64,000 bases of DNA. Source: an uncultured Gemmatimonadales bacterium (lineage in GTDB: Bacteria > Gemmatimonadota > Gemmatimonadetes > Palauibacterales > Palauibacteraceae). The stretch covers positions 192,001 to 256,000 of the forward strand of contig CAWANJ010000006.1 of assembly GCA_963783385.1 (NCBI GenBank), written 5' to 3'. Position numbers and translations under genes: made by a program. Position 1 is the first letter of the stretch; every line of letters starts with the position of its first letter. The notes beneath the pieces are model-generated. The model was not told the origin of the DNA, searched no databases, and saw only the letters and a program-made list of their open reading frames with translations. Shown piece after piece: positions 31,400 to 42,323 of the stretch.

Positions 31400-32140
31400 G
31401 AGGCGGCTGCGGGCCTTGGGCTACGCCCGGCGGGTGTGGCTGCGGGCCGACGCGGGCTTCCCCGCCGAGCCGTTCCTGGCAGGCCTGGAAGCGGAAGACG
31501 GGGTGCGCTATGTTGTGTGGTTGAGGAGCACTGCCGTGCTGGAGCACCAGGCCGCGCCCCATGTGGACCGGATCCTCGAGAAGCGGGTCCCCGAGGACCG
31601 GGCCCACACGATCGAGATCTCCTACGCCGCCAGGTCCTGGAGCCGGGAGCGGCGGGTGGTGCTGGTGATCGAGGAGCGGCCCGACGAGCTCATGCCCCAC
31701 TGGTTCTTTCTCCTCACCCACGCGACGCCGGAGGAGATCCCGGGGGCGGAGCTGTTGATCGAGTACCGGAAGCGGGGGCCACCGAGAAGGATTACGGCGG
31801 CTGGCAGGGGGCCCTGGCGCTGGCGCTCTCCTCCACCAATCGCCCTAAAATCACCTACGGCGGCCAGCCGCCCCGGCGCCGGAGCCCGCCGGTGGACAGC
31901 TTCGCCGCCAACGAGGCGAGTCTCCTGATGAGCCTTCTGGCCGCCAACCTGATGCACGCCGGCCGCGTCCTGAGCGAGCGGGCCCGCCGACACCTGTGGA
32001 GCCGGAAAACCTTCCGCCGCCTCGTGCTCAAGACCTCCGCCCGTATCGCCCGCTCCGCTCGCTACGTCACCCTCTGGATGGATCACGTTCGGGCCCCTCG
32101 CTGGGAACAGACCGCCCACGAGCTGAGCCGGTCCCCGCGA
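31400..32140 (+). pseudogene. IS1380 family transposase C-terminal fragment
   Basis: VWLRADAGF, SWSRERRVVLV, YRKRG-TEKD, FAANEASLLMSLLAANL, TFRRLVLKTSARIARSAR. Confidence 0.82.
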
Positions 32141-32307
32141 GAGCCTGCGGGGCATGTGTTGGCACACGTCTCGCCTATCACCTTTGTGCCGCTCACCTGC
32201 CTGGCGAAATCCCCGCGCTGCTCAGAGGGAAGCGCCGCTCCAGCTCGTCACGCACTGCCGCCGCGCTCGCTCGTGGGTCTGAAGCGAGCACCGTCGGACG
32301 GTGGGTC

Positions 32308-34394
32308 TCAGCTCTTGGTCCAGCTGTCGTTGGAGCGGTCGACGTCGGGGAAGTCGTGGGCGGCGTCCAGCTCCACCTTCGTCACCGTCCCGCTCGCCGC
32401 GTGGCTCGTCGTCACGCTCGCCTTCCCGGCGAACCACACGGACGCCGGCTCCCGCCAGTGCACCGTCCCGCCGCCCGCCAGCGTCGCCGTCACGTCCACC
32501 GGCGCGTACAGCCGCCCCCGGTTCGCCACCGTCACCGTCACCCGGCCGCCCGACTGCTCCACCTTCGTCACCGCCTGGTCCAGCCGGCCCCGCCCGAAGA
32601 ACCACGGGCCCCAGAACCACCCCAGGTCCCGCCCCGTCACCTCGTCGATCGTCGCGAAGAAGTCGTACGGCGTCGGGTGCCGGTACGACCAGCGCCGGAT
32701 GTACGCCCGGTACGCCTTCCGGAACGCCCCGTCCCCCAGGATCGACCGCAGCGCCCACAGCGCCGCCGACGGCTTGTCGTACGCCTCCACCGTGTAGCCC
32801 GACCGTGGCCACGCCGAAGGAATTGGCCGGCGACATCATCGGGAGATCCTCGTCCGCGTGCGTCACGAAGTTCACGTAGCCGCTCTGCGACTCCTCGAGC
32901 CCGCGTCCGTCGAGCGAATCGGGCAGGAAGGCGTCGGTGGCGAAGAAGGTGTCGAAGGTGTTGAGCCCCTCGTCCTGCCACCCCTAGCGCGTCTCGTTCG
33001 ACCCCACCAGCATCGGGAACCACTCGTGCCCGATCTCGTGCGCGCTGACCTCGTCCTCCCGGTAGAGGCCCGTGATAGGCGCCCACGAACACCGTCATCG
33101 GGTACTCCATGCCGCCGCGACCGCCCTCGGTCTCGGTGAGCTGCGGGTAGGGGTAGGGCACCATGAGGCTCGAGTGCGTCTCCAGCGCCGAGCGCGCCAT
33201 GGCCGCCACCTGGTCGAAGCGCGGCGCCCCCGGCCGCCAGAACACGTTCACCGCCGCGTACCGGCCCCGCGCCGAGTCCACCTCCGCCCGCGTCGCGTCC
33301 CACCGGTAGTGGTCCCCGAACGAGAACGCCACGTCCCGCACGCTGTCCGCCTCGAACGTCCACGTCAGGGCCTCCCCCGGCGCCCCCCGCGTCGCCTCCC
33401 CGCCCCGAACTCGTCCTGCGTCAGCACGTGCACCACCTCGTCCGTCTTCGACGCCCGCTCCAGCGCCGCGCGCTCCCTGTCCGTGAGCACCGCGCCGGGG
33501 TCCTGCAGCGTCCCGGTCCCCCCCACGATGTAGCCCGCCGGCAGCGTCACGCTGTAGCGGAAATGCCCGTAGTCCAGGTAGAACTCGCCCGTCCCCGTGT
33601 ACTGCTGCTCGTCCCACCCGTGCACGTCGTCGTACACCGCGATCTGCGGGTACCACTGCGCGATCTGCGCCGTCCCCGGGTCCTGCATCCCCATGCGCGG
33701 CGCGCTCGAGCCGGGAATGTGGAAGCGCCACGAGACGTCGAACACGGCGCTGTCGCCGGGCACCAGCGGATGGGGGAGCGGCACCGACATGAGGGTGCTG
33801 TAGATGCTGGCGCCGTGCGGCCCCACCGGCTCGCCTCGCATGTTGTCCGGCACCGCCACCGGCGTGCCCTGCGCCACCAGCCGCTCGATCACGATCCCAT
33901 GCGTGGCGCGCTCCGGCGAGGAGGGCCCCTCCCGGGCCGCCCACGGACTCATGAGGTTCTGGTAGAGGTGGAAGACGACCACCTTCAGCGTGTCGGGCGA
34001 GCGGTTGTGGTAGACCACCCGCTCGTCGGCCGACAGCAGCGAGTCGCGCGGCGAGACCCGCGCCCGGATGTCGTAGTCGGCCCCGTTCTGCCAGTACTTC
34101 GGCCCCGGCGCCCCCGTCCGGCTCCGCGTGCCCGCCTCGATCGCCCGCTCGTAGGGCACCGGCAGCACCGGCCCCAGCGGCCCCGTAGCCGCCGCGCCCG
34201 TCCCGCCCGCCTGCGCCGCGGCCGGCGCCGGCGCCCCCGCCACCAGCGCCGCCGCGGCCAGGACGCCGCCGCCAGGGCCGGAGCGCCGAAGGGCGACCCG
34301 CCGAATGCGGCGAGGCATCGCGGCGCCACATGCGCCGCCCCCCGCCCGCCGGTCGATGTCCCCGCGAGCTCCGTGATCCAGGCATCCCGTTCAT
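32308..34394 (-). CDS. M1 family metallopeptidase (frameshifts plus one in-frame TAG)
   Basis: GAPGPKYWQN, AQWYPQIAVYDD, EFYLDYG, GGMEYPM, HEIGHEWFPM...DEGLNTF, YDKP, WSYRHPTPYDFF. Confidence 0.92.
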
Positions 34395-34528
34395 GTCTCT
34401 CTCCTCTTCCTTCGTCCTGTCCGGCGTCCTCTCGCTCCACCCCGTCCACCGCGGCGAGCGCCAACGGCCGCGGCGCCACCGCTGTACCATCCTCCGAGGA
34501 GAGTTCCCCGGACGACGAGGAGGACGAC

Positions 34529-34950
34529 ATGCGCAAGACGACGTGGATCGGTGGATTCCTGGCCCTGTCGCTGGGCCTTCCCGGCCTCGCGGCCGCCCAG
34601 CAGGCCCCCACGCCGCGGCCCGACCGCGCCCGCGCGGCCGCCGTCGCCCGGTGGCGAGCCGCACGGCGCGCTCGGCCCGCGATCCGGCACATTCGCCGCG
34701 ACGCGCGCCGCATCCGGATGCGGCGCCGGGACCTTCGCCGCGACCGCGTGGATATCCGGCGCCATCGCCGCCTTCGCCGGCGCGTGGCCCGGCCGGGCGT
34801 CCGGCGCGACCCTGAGCCGGCACATTCTGCGCGATCGCCTTGACCTCCGGCGTGACCGCCGCGCTCTGCGCCTTCGGCACCGGGACATCCGCAGCCACGG
34901 CTCGGCGAATCCGACGTCGCGCACCCGGGGCACGCGGACCCTTCATCTGA
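34529..34950 (+). CDS. Secreted Arg-rich heptad-repeat protein (frameshifted, end inferred)
   Basis: RBS GAGGAGG, signal peptide MRKTTWIGGFLALSLGLPGLAAA, then IRRD/LRRD/IRRH repeats. Confidence 0.6.
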
Positions 34951-34963
34951 CATCCGAGATCGG

Positions 34964-35004
34964 GGCCCGGCCCCGGAGGCGATGACCTCCGGGGCCCTCG
35001 GGCC
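34964..35004. terminator. Hairpin between convergent genes
   Basis: GGCCCCGGAGG-cgatga-CCTCCGGGGCC perfect 11-bp stem. Confidence 0.6.
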
Positions 35005-35030
35005 ACCGTACATTAGCTTCTACAGCAGCC

Positions 35031-38000
35031 TTACGGCAGCTTCGCCGCCTTGACGTGGATGGGCTCGCCGGCGACCAGGGTCGGGACGCCGGCGCTGCCG
35101 GCCGCCTGGTTGTAGGCGGAGACGTCGGTGCTCAGCAGGCCGTTGAACCGGTCCAGGTAGTCGTTGAGCTCGGCGCCCAGCTCCTTCATGCGGGCCGCCA
35201 CGACCGGGCTCGGGGGCGACGCGTACGCGAACGCCACCCGGAAGCGCAGGCCGTTCAGTCGGTCCCGGAACCGGCTCAGGTAGTGGATGTCGTCCTCGGC
35301 CGCGTGCTCCTGGACCTGCGAGTTGTACAGGCTGTCCTTGAGGACGCCCAGCTCGTGGTCCAGGGAATCGGCCTTCGCGAGCACCGGCTTGACGGCCGGA
35401 TCCTTCGAGCGATCCGCCGCCTTCAGCGCCTTCTTGGCCGACGCGATCTGGTCCTGGAGGGACTGGATCCGGTTCAGCATCTCGTTCAGCGCCGAGATCC
35501 GGTTGGTGAGCTCCAGCCCCGCCTGCGTCTGGGCGCGGAAATCGGCCATGTCGGCTGGATGATGCGGGTCGGGCTCCACCTTCACGGACTGCTTCTTCGT
35601 GGTTCCGTTCGCGGTCACCGCGATCGTGTAGGTGCCGGGCACGACCGGTGGGCCCGAGTTGAAGCGCCGACCGCCGAAGCCCCCGCCGCCGCCCAGCTCG
35701 AGCGACGTGGGGCCGTCGTAGTGCAGGTTCCACTCGAACCGGTTGAAGCCCTCGTGACCGGGCCCCTTGTCGGTCGCGATCGTGTCGCCGGCCGCGTCGA
35801 GCACGGCGACCTGGACCTGGCCCGCGCCGTTTCCGGCCGCCGGCCCGCCGCGGCGTCCGCCGCGACCGCCCATGCGCCTGCATGGGCGCCGCCGCCCGCC
35901 TTCTTCGGAGCGGACTTGGGCAGATAGTAGTCGATGACCGCGCCCCGCGGCGGCCCGCTCACGTCGTAGCGCGACGCGTCCGGATGGCGGAGCGACCGGC
36001 CGGCCTGGAAGGCGGCCGGAGCGACCGGGAAGAGCTGGAAGCCGACCGGACGCCGACGCGTCGAAGTCCTGGAGCGGCGTGAGGTCGTCGAGCACGAACA
36101 GACCGCGGCCGTGCGTGGCGACCAGGAGATCGTTGTCACGCTTCACGAACTGGACGTCCCACACGGGAGCGGTCGGGAAATTCGAGTGGAAGCTGTTCCA
36201 CGTCGCCCCGTCGTCCCGCGAGTAGTAGATCGCGTTGTCGGTGCCCAGGACCAGGAAGCCCTTCTTGTTGGGCGACTCGCGCACCACGTGGGCCGCGCCG
36301 AAGGCCGGGAGGCCCTTCGAGATCGCCGTCCACGACTTCCCGTAGTCGCTGGTCCTGTACACGTACGGGTGGTTGTCGTCGTACATGTGGTAGTCGACCG
36401 CCACGTACGCCGTGCCCGCGTCGTACGGCGACACGCCGATCTGGTAGATCCGTCCGCCCTTGATGTCGGGACGACCGGGCATGTTGTGGCCGACCTCCGT
36501 CCACGTCTTCCCGCCGTCACGGGTGACCTGCACGAGGCCATCGTCCGTGCCCACCCAGATGACGCTGTCGGGCGCGGTCGGGGCCAGCGTGACCGAGATG
36601 ATCGTGTTGTAGGTCTCGGCGCCGCTGATGTCGTACTGGACCGCTCCGCCGGGGACGATCTGCTTGTCCTTCTCGTTCCGGGTGAGATCCGGGCTGATGG
36701 TCTCCCAGTGATCCCCGCCGTCCGCGCTCCTGAACAGCACGTTGGCGCCGATGTAGACGGTGTTGGCGTCGTGCGGCGACACCGCGATCGGGCTCGTCCA
36801 GTTGAACCGGTACTTCAGCTTCGAGGGCGGCATGTCACTCACGCCCGGCACGTAGGGCCGGATCGACTTCCGCATGCCGGTGGCCTTGTCGAGCCGCGAG
36901 ATGGAGCCGTTCTGCGAGTCGGTGTAGATGATGTTGGAGTCGCTCGGCGCCGCGACCGAGTACTCGCCGTCACCGCCGGTGACCGTGTACCAGTCCGAGC
37001 CGCTGCCCCCGGTGGACGGCCCGCACCAGGCGCTGTTGTCCTGGAGCCCGCCGCACATCGTGTACGGGTCGTTGCCATCGGCCGACACCATGTAGAACTG
37101 CTCGATGGGCAGGTTGTTGAGGAACGTCCAGCTCTTGCCGCCGTTCCGGGTGAGGAAGGCGCCGCCGTCGTTGCCCTGGATCATCCGGTCCGGGTCCTTC
37201 GGGTCGATCCACAGGGCGTGGTGGTCCACGTGCACGCTCTGGTCGATGACGTGGGCGGTCTTGCCGCCATCCTTGGACATCATGAGCTGGAAGCCCGAGA
37301 AGTAGACCCGATTCTCATCGTCCGGGGCCACGTTGACCTGCGAGAAGTAGAAGGGCCGGACGTCGAGGGCGTGGTTGTCGCTGACCGTGTGCCAGTGGTC
37401 GCCCAGGTCCTCGGACGCCCACAGCATGCCCTTCTTCGCCTCGACGAGCGCGTAAACGTGGTCCGGGTTGGTGGGCGCGATCCCCAGCGCGATGCGCCCG
37501 ACGGGCGGCCTGGGGAGCCCGCCGTTCAGCCTGGTCCAGTGCTCGCCGCCGTCGGTCGAGCGGTAGATGCCGCTACCCGCGCCGCCGTCGTTCAGCGTCC
37601 ACGGGAGCCTCTGCATCTGCCACATGGCCGCGAGCAGCACCCTGGGGTTGCCGGGCTGCATGACCAGGTCGATGGCGCCCGTCGTGTCGTTCACGAACAG
37701 CACCTTGTGCCACGTGGCGCCGCCATCGGTCGTCTTGAACACGCCCCGCTCCGGATTGGGCGTCCACGCGTGGCCGACCGCGGCCACGTACACGACGTCC
37801 GGATCCTGCGGGCTCACGACGATGCGCTCGATCTGTCCGGCATCCTCGAGCCCCTTCGACTCCCACGTCTTCCCGCCGTCCGGGGAGAAGTAGACGCCGT
37901 GGCCGTTGGTGATGTCGTTGCGGATGTTGGCCTCGCCCGTCCCGACCCACACCAGGCTCGGGTTGGAGGGGGCCAGCGCCACGGCTCCGATGGACGAAGT

Positions 38001-38291
38001 GGGCTGGTCGGCGAACACGGCCGTCCAGCTGTCGCCTCCATCGGTCGTCTTCCACACCCCGCCCCCGGCGGAGCCGACGTAGTAGATCCCCGGCTTGCCG
38101 GGCACGCCGACCACCGAGCTCACCCGGCCTCCCGCGATCGACGGGCCGATGTTGCGGAAGGCGATGTTGTTCAGCGTGTCGGGGGAGGTCTCGGACTGTG
38201 CGCGGCCCGTGGAGGGGAAGGCCAGGAATGCTGCGACGAGAAGAATGACGACGGCGCGGATGCCGCCGGATGCGACCGGCTCTTCGTCCAT
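35031..38291 (-). CDS. VPS10/BNR-repeat glycosyl hydrolase-like exported protein (compensating frameshifts ~35840-36050)
   Basis: FRNIGP..GGRV, repeated Asp-boxes (SxDGGxTW), HVDHHALW, GGLQDN, RFNWTSP, ATHGRG. Confidence 0.9.
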   Translation of the reverse strand: MDEEPVASGGIRAVVILLVAAFLAFPSTGRAQSETSPDTLNNIAFRNIGPSIAGGRVSSVVGVPGKPGIYYVGSAGGGVWKTTDGGDSWTAVFADQPTSSIGAVALAPSNPSLVWVGTGEANIRNDITNGHGVYFSPDGGKTWESKGLEDAGQIERIVVSPQDPDVVYVAAVGHAWTPNPERGVFKTTDGGATWHKVLFVNDTTGAIDLVMQPGNPRVLLAAMWQMQRLPWTLNDGGAGSGIYRSTDGGEHWTRLNGGLPRPPVGRIALGIAPTNPDHVYALVEAKKGMLWASEDLGDHWHTVSDNHALDVRPFYFSQVNVAPDDENRVYFSGFQLMMSKDGGKTAHVIDQSVHVDHHALWIDPKDPDRMIQGNDGGAFLTRNGGKSWTFLNNLPIEQFYMVSADGNDPYTMCGGLQDNSAWCGPSTGGSGSDWYTVTGGDGEYSVAAPSDSNIIYTDSQNGSISRLDKATGMRKSIRPYVPGVSDMPPSKLKYRFNWTSPIAVSPHDANTVYIGANVLFRSADGGDHWETISPDLTRNEKDKQIVPGGAVQYDISGAETYNTIISVTLAPTAPDSVIWVGTDDGLVQVTRDGGKTWTEVGHNMPGRPDIKGGRIYQIGVSPYDAGTAYVAVDYHMYDDNHPYVYRTSDYGKSWTAISKGLPAFGAAHVVRESPNKKGFLVLGTDNAIYYSRDDGATWNSFHSNFPTAPVWDVQFVKRDNDLLVATHGRGLFVLDDLTPLQDFDASASGRLPALPGRSGRLPGRPVAPPSGRVALRRERAAAGRGHRLLSAQVRSEEGGRRRPCRRMGGRGGRRGGPAAGNGAGQVQVAVLDAAGDTIATDKGPGHEGFNRFEWNLHYDGPTSLELGGGGGFGGRRFNSGPPVVPGTYTIAVTANGTTKKQSVKVEPDPHHPADMADFRAQTQAGLELTNRISALNEMLNRIQSLQDQIASAKKALKAADRSKDPAVKPVLAKADSLDHELGVLKDSLYNSQVQEHAAEDDIHYLSRFRDRLNGLRFRVAFAYASPPSPVVAARMKELGAELNDYLDRFNGLLSTDVSAYNQAAGSAGVPTLVAGEPIHVKAAKLP

Positions 38292-38596
38292 GGATGGATC
38301 TCCTTTCAAGGTGTCCCTGCGCCCCGCGCCCCGGCCGGTGCTCTGCCGACCGGAACGGTGGCGCGGCCCAATATGACACGCCCCGCCCGTCCTGCTCAAC
38401 GGGACGACACTCCCCGGGCGCCGGGCCGGTCCGAGCTCCTTTCCAACCCGGCGCCGGCACGCGGTGTCCCAGCGATACATCCCCGAAACGCGAGACGCCC
38501 CGCGTCCGTACGGGAGATCGAGATCCCGCGTTCGGGAACACGTCGCCGGGATGGCGACCTCCGCCACGGGACAGAACAGCCGACGGGAGCCAAGCG

Positions 38597-39763
38597 ATGA
38601 AAGACACCCTCGCGCTCACCATGCTCGTGATGCTCGCGGGCGGGGCCGGCCTCGCCCTGAGCGAGCCGCCGCCGGCCACGCTGGCCGGGCCGCTCGCCGT
38701 CCGCCTGCCAGCGCCTTCACGGCACGCGTCGACCCAGAACGCCGAGCGCTACGAGCTCTCGGGCTCCGCCGTGCGGGTCGCGGACCTGGCCGGCCACGTG
38801 CGCGTCGAGTCGGGCTCCGGGGACCACGTCGTCGTGCTGGTCGAACGCGGCGGCCGCGATGCGGATCGGCTCCAGGTGCACGCGGACGCCGAGGCCGGCA
38901 CCCTCACCATCGACGTGCCGGGGGATCGACTCGTGTATCCCGAGCTGGGTCGACACTCGCACACGAGCGTGAGGCTGGGGGACGACGGCCTGTTCGACGG
39001 CGGACGGCGCGTCACCGTTTCCGGCTCCGGCTCGGGCCCCGAGGCGTGGGCCGACCTCACCGTCCAGGTGCCCGCCGGCCACCGCACCACGGTGGAGCTC
39101 GGGGCCGGACGGGTGGACGCCTCCGGCGTGCCGGCCGACCTCGAGCTCCGCTCCGGCTCGGGCGACGTCTCCGCGGACGGGACCGGCGGCGCCGTCACGG
39201 CCCGCACCGGGTCCGGCGACGTGGACGTCACCTCGACCCGTGGCGCCCTCGACGTGGAGACCGGCTCCGGCGACGTGACCGTGAAGGACGTGAGCGGCGC
39301 CGCCCGGGTCCACACCGGCTCCGGGGATGTCCGGATTTCGGGCCGGGTGGGCGGCTCGCTGGAGGCGCACACCGGATCGGGTGACGTGAGCGCCGAGGAC
39401 GTGGAGGGGGAGAGCCTGCACGTCCGCACCGGCTCCGGCGGGATCCGGGTGGGTGCCGCGCGGGCGACGGACATCTCCCTGCACACGGGCAGCGGCTCGG
39501 TGCGCGCCCGCCTCGAGCGGGCCCCGGGGAGCCTGCGGGTCGATACCGGGTCGGGGGACGTGACCCTGGCCCTGCCCTCCTCGGTGAACGCCGACCTGAG
39601 GATCGACACGGGCAGCGGCGGCATCGACTTCGACATGCCGGTCCGCATGCTGTCGAGCAGCCGCTCGCACTTCCGGGGTAAGCTGGGCCAGGGGGGACCC
39701 GAGTTCGTGATCCGCACCGGCTCGGGCGGGGTCCGGCTCACATCGTCGGGCGGAGCCGACTAG
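38597..39763 (+). CDS. DUF4097 beta-strand repeat protein
   Basis: Signal peptide and about 10 TGSGDV-type repeats. Confidence 0.88.
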   Translation: MKDTLALTMLVMLAGGAGLALSEPPPATLAGPLAVRLPAPSRHASTQNAERYELSGSAVRVADLAGHVRVESGSGDHVVVLVERGGRDADRLQVHADAEAGTLTIDVPGDRLVYPELGRHSHTSVRLGDDGLFDGGRRVTVSGSGSGPEAWADLTVQVPAGHRTTVELGAGRVDASGVPADLELRSGSGDVSADGTGGAVTARTGSGDVDVTSTRGALDVETGSGDVTVKDVSGAARVHTGSGDVRISGRVGGSLEAHTGSGDVSAEDVEGESLHVRTGSGGIRVGAARATDISLHTGSGSVRARLERAPGSLRVDTGSGDVTLALPSSVNADLRIDTGSGGIDFDMPVRMLSSSRSHFRGKLGQGGPEFVIRTGSGGVRLTSSGGAD

Positions 39764-39820
39764 GCGCCGGCCGTCTTCTGAGCGCATGGCCCGGCGGCCG
39801 GGCGGCCGCCGGGCCCGCGT

Positions 39821-40006
39821 CTACTCCCGGCTCGCTCCTCCCTCCAGGCGGACCAGGAGCTCCTTCAGGAACGACTCGCGCTCCTTGAGATCGTCCCGGA
39901 AGTCCTTCGAGTCGGTATCGGCGATCTCCATGCGGAGATCCGAGAGGTAGCCACCCAGGATCTCCCGGAGCATCCGGTGCTCCTTCTCGTTCAGCTGGAA
40001 GTCCAC
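39821..40006 (-). CDS. Small helical hypothetical protein (61 aa)
   Basis: RBS AGGGAG, GTG start, YLSDLRMEIADTDSKDFRDDLKERE. Confidence 0.7.
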   Translation of the reverse strand: MDFQLNEKEHRMLREILGGYLSDLRMEIADTDSKDFRDDLKERESFLKELLVRLEGGASRE

Positions 40007-40148
40007 CGCTTGTCTCCCTTCCGTTCGGCCGATGAGGGCCGCGTCACGGCCCGTCGCGGGCGCGTGACGCGGACCCTCCGCAGGGTTCGGACCGCCTGCT
40101 CGTGCAAGGGGCGCTCCGGAATCCCCGCCGGGCCCTCCGGCCGCCTCG

Positions 40149-42323
40149 CTACATCCCTCCGCTCGGAGCCGAGCGGACCCCCAGCTCGTAGGCAAGGAAC
40201 GACCAGATGTCGGCCGTCTGCGCGATCCGCTTGTCCGTGGGCATGTACCCGTGGCTGGTCTCGGTCTCCACGCGGATGAGGATCGGGTTGTCGCAGCCCT
40301 GCGCGTCCTGCATGGCGGCGGCGAACTTGTAGGAATGGCTGGGCACGACCCGGTCATCGTGGTCGGCCGTGGTGACGATCGTGGCCGGGTAGCACGTGCC
40401 CGCCTTCGCGTTGTGCACCGGCGAGAACTTGAACAGCTACTGGAAGGCCGTCGAGTCGTCCGACGAGCCGTACTCCGGCACCCAGCCGATGCCGGCGGTG
40501 AACTTCTGGTAGCGCAGCATGTCCATGACGCCGGCGCCGGCGTAGGCCGCCGCGAACAGGTCCGGGCTGCTCCTACGCTGGCGCCCACCAGCAGGCCGCC
40601 GTTGGAGTAGCCGTGGATGGCCAGGTGCGGTCCTGCGTTCCGTACTCGTGGCGCTCCAGGTACTTGGCCGCCCAGGCGAAGTCGTCGAACACGTTCTGCT
40701 TGTTGCCGAGCATGCCCGGCCTTGTGCCACGCCTCGCCGTACTCGCCGCCGCCCCGCAGGTTGGCCACGGCGTACACGCCGCCGAGCTCCAGCCACATGG
40801 CCGTCGTGGGGCTGAACGAGGGCGTCACGCTGATGTCGAATCCGCCGTAGCCGTAGAGCACGGTGGGGTTCTGCCCGTCGAGCTTGATGCCCTTCCTGGC
40901 CGTGATGAACATCGGGATCCGCGTGCCGTCCTTCGACTGGTAGAAGACCTGCTTCGTCTCGTACTGCGAGGGGTCGAAGGCCACCTTGGGCTTGAAGAAG
41001 GTGGTCCGCTTCCCGGTGTCCAGGTCGTAGCGGTAGGTGGTGGTCGGATACAGGAAGGAGCTGAACGAGTAGAACAGCTCCGGGCTGTCCTCGTGCCCGA
41101 CCAGGCCACGCACCGTCCCGATTCCGGGCAGCTCCAGCTCTCCCTGCTTCGTCCCGTCACGGGCGTAGATGTCCACCCGGCTCTTCACGTCGACCAGGTA
41201 CTGCGCCAGGATCCGGCCTCCGATGATCGTGCTCCCGCTGATCACGTTCTCACCCTCGGGAACGACCACGCGCCAGTGTTCCGGAGAGGGGTCGGTGAGG
41301 GCCGCGGCGACGATCTCGTTCTTGGGCGCGTCCAGGTTGGTCTGCAGGTAGACCGTGTCGCCCTCGACGCCGATGGGCCGGTACTCCGCGTCGTTCTTCG
41401 TGTAGAGCGGCTGCACCCTGGCGTCGATGTTGGGATGCCGGGGATCGCCCAGGTCCATGTAGTAGAGCTCGTTGGCGCTCTCGGTGCCGTGGCTCATGGT
41501 GATGAACGCGTAGCGGCCGTCCTCGGTCACCCCGCCGCCGATGTACCAGTCGGGCCGGTCGGGCCGCTGGTAGATCAGCTTGTCCTGGCTCTGCGGCGTG
41601 CCCAGGCGATGGTAGTAGAACTTCTGGTTGGTGACCTGCTGGCTGATGGCCTTGCCGGCGGGCGGCTCGGCGAAGCGCGAATAGAAGAAGCCCTCACCGG
41701 TCCTTCGTCCAGGACACGCCCGAGAACTTGGCCCACCGCACGATGTCGGGGAGGTCCTTGCCCGTGGCCACGTCGCGCACGTGGAAGACGCGCCAGTCGG
41801 AGCCGCCCTCCGAGGTGGCGTACTCCAGGTAGCGGCCGTCGGGTGAGGGTCTCGATCCCGCCAGCGCCGTGTTGCCCCTGGGCCAGCGCACGTTCGGATC
41901 GAGCAGGACCTTCGCCGGCCCGCCCAGCGAGTCGGCCACGTAGATCACCGACTGGTTCTGGAGACCCGAGTTCTTGCTGAAGAACAACCTGCCGCCTTCG
42001 CGGTCCGGGGCCCCGACCTTTTCGTAGTTCCACAGCTCCTTGAGCCGGTCGCGCACCCAGGGGCGGACCTGGATCTTGTCCAGGAAGGAAAAGGTGAGTT
42101 TGTTCTCCGCATCCACCCACTGCTTGACCTCGGGGCTGTTGAGGTCCTCCATCCACCGGTAGGGGACCGGGACCTTCGTTCCGAAGTAGTCCGCGACCAG
42201 GCTGTCCCGCCTGGCCTGCGGATAGTCCAGCGACTGGGCGTGGACCGCCGTGGCCACGCCCGCGGCCAGCACCGCCGCCAGCGCCAACCCGCCGGTCAGG
42301 ATCCTGCATCGATGCCTGTCCAT
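40149..42323 (-). CDS. Prolyl oligopeptidase, S9A (frameshifts plus one in-frame TAG)
   Basis: PYRWMED, SKDGTRIPMFI, LYGYGGF, NLRGGGEYG, GYSNGGLL, ADHDDRVVP, SHG. Confidence 0.95.

Noticed and set aside
38300-38590. TGTCCC/GGGACA-like motifs in the divergent intergenic region
   Set aside because: Too short and irregular to call a regulator site at this GC content.
39140-39730. Recurring ACCGGCTCCGGCGAC-like DNA repeats
   Set aside because: They encode the TGSGD repeats of the DUF4097 protein.
32984-40439. Pyrrolysine or genome-wide TAG reassignment
   Set aside because: TAG terminates many genes here at expected C-termini, and no pyl genes or suppressor tRNA are in the window.
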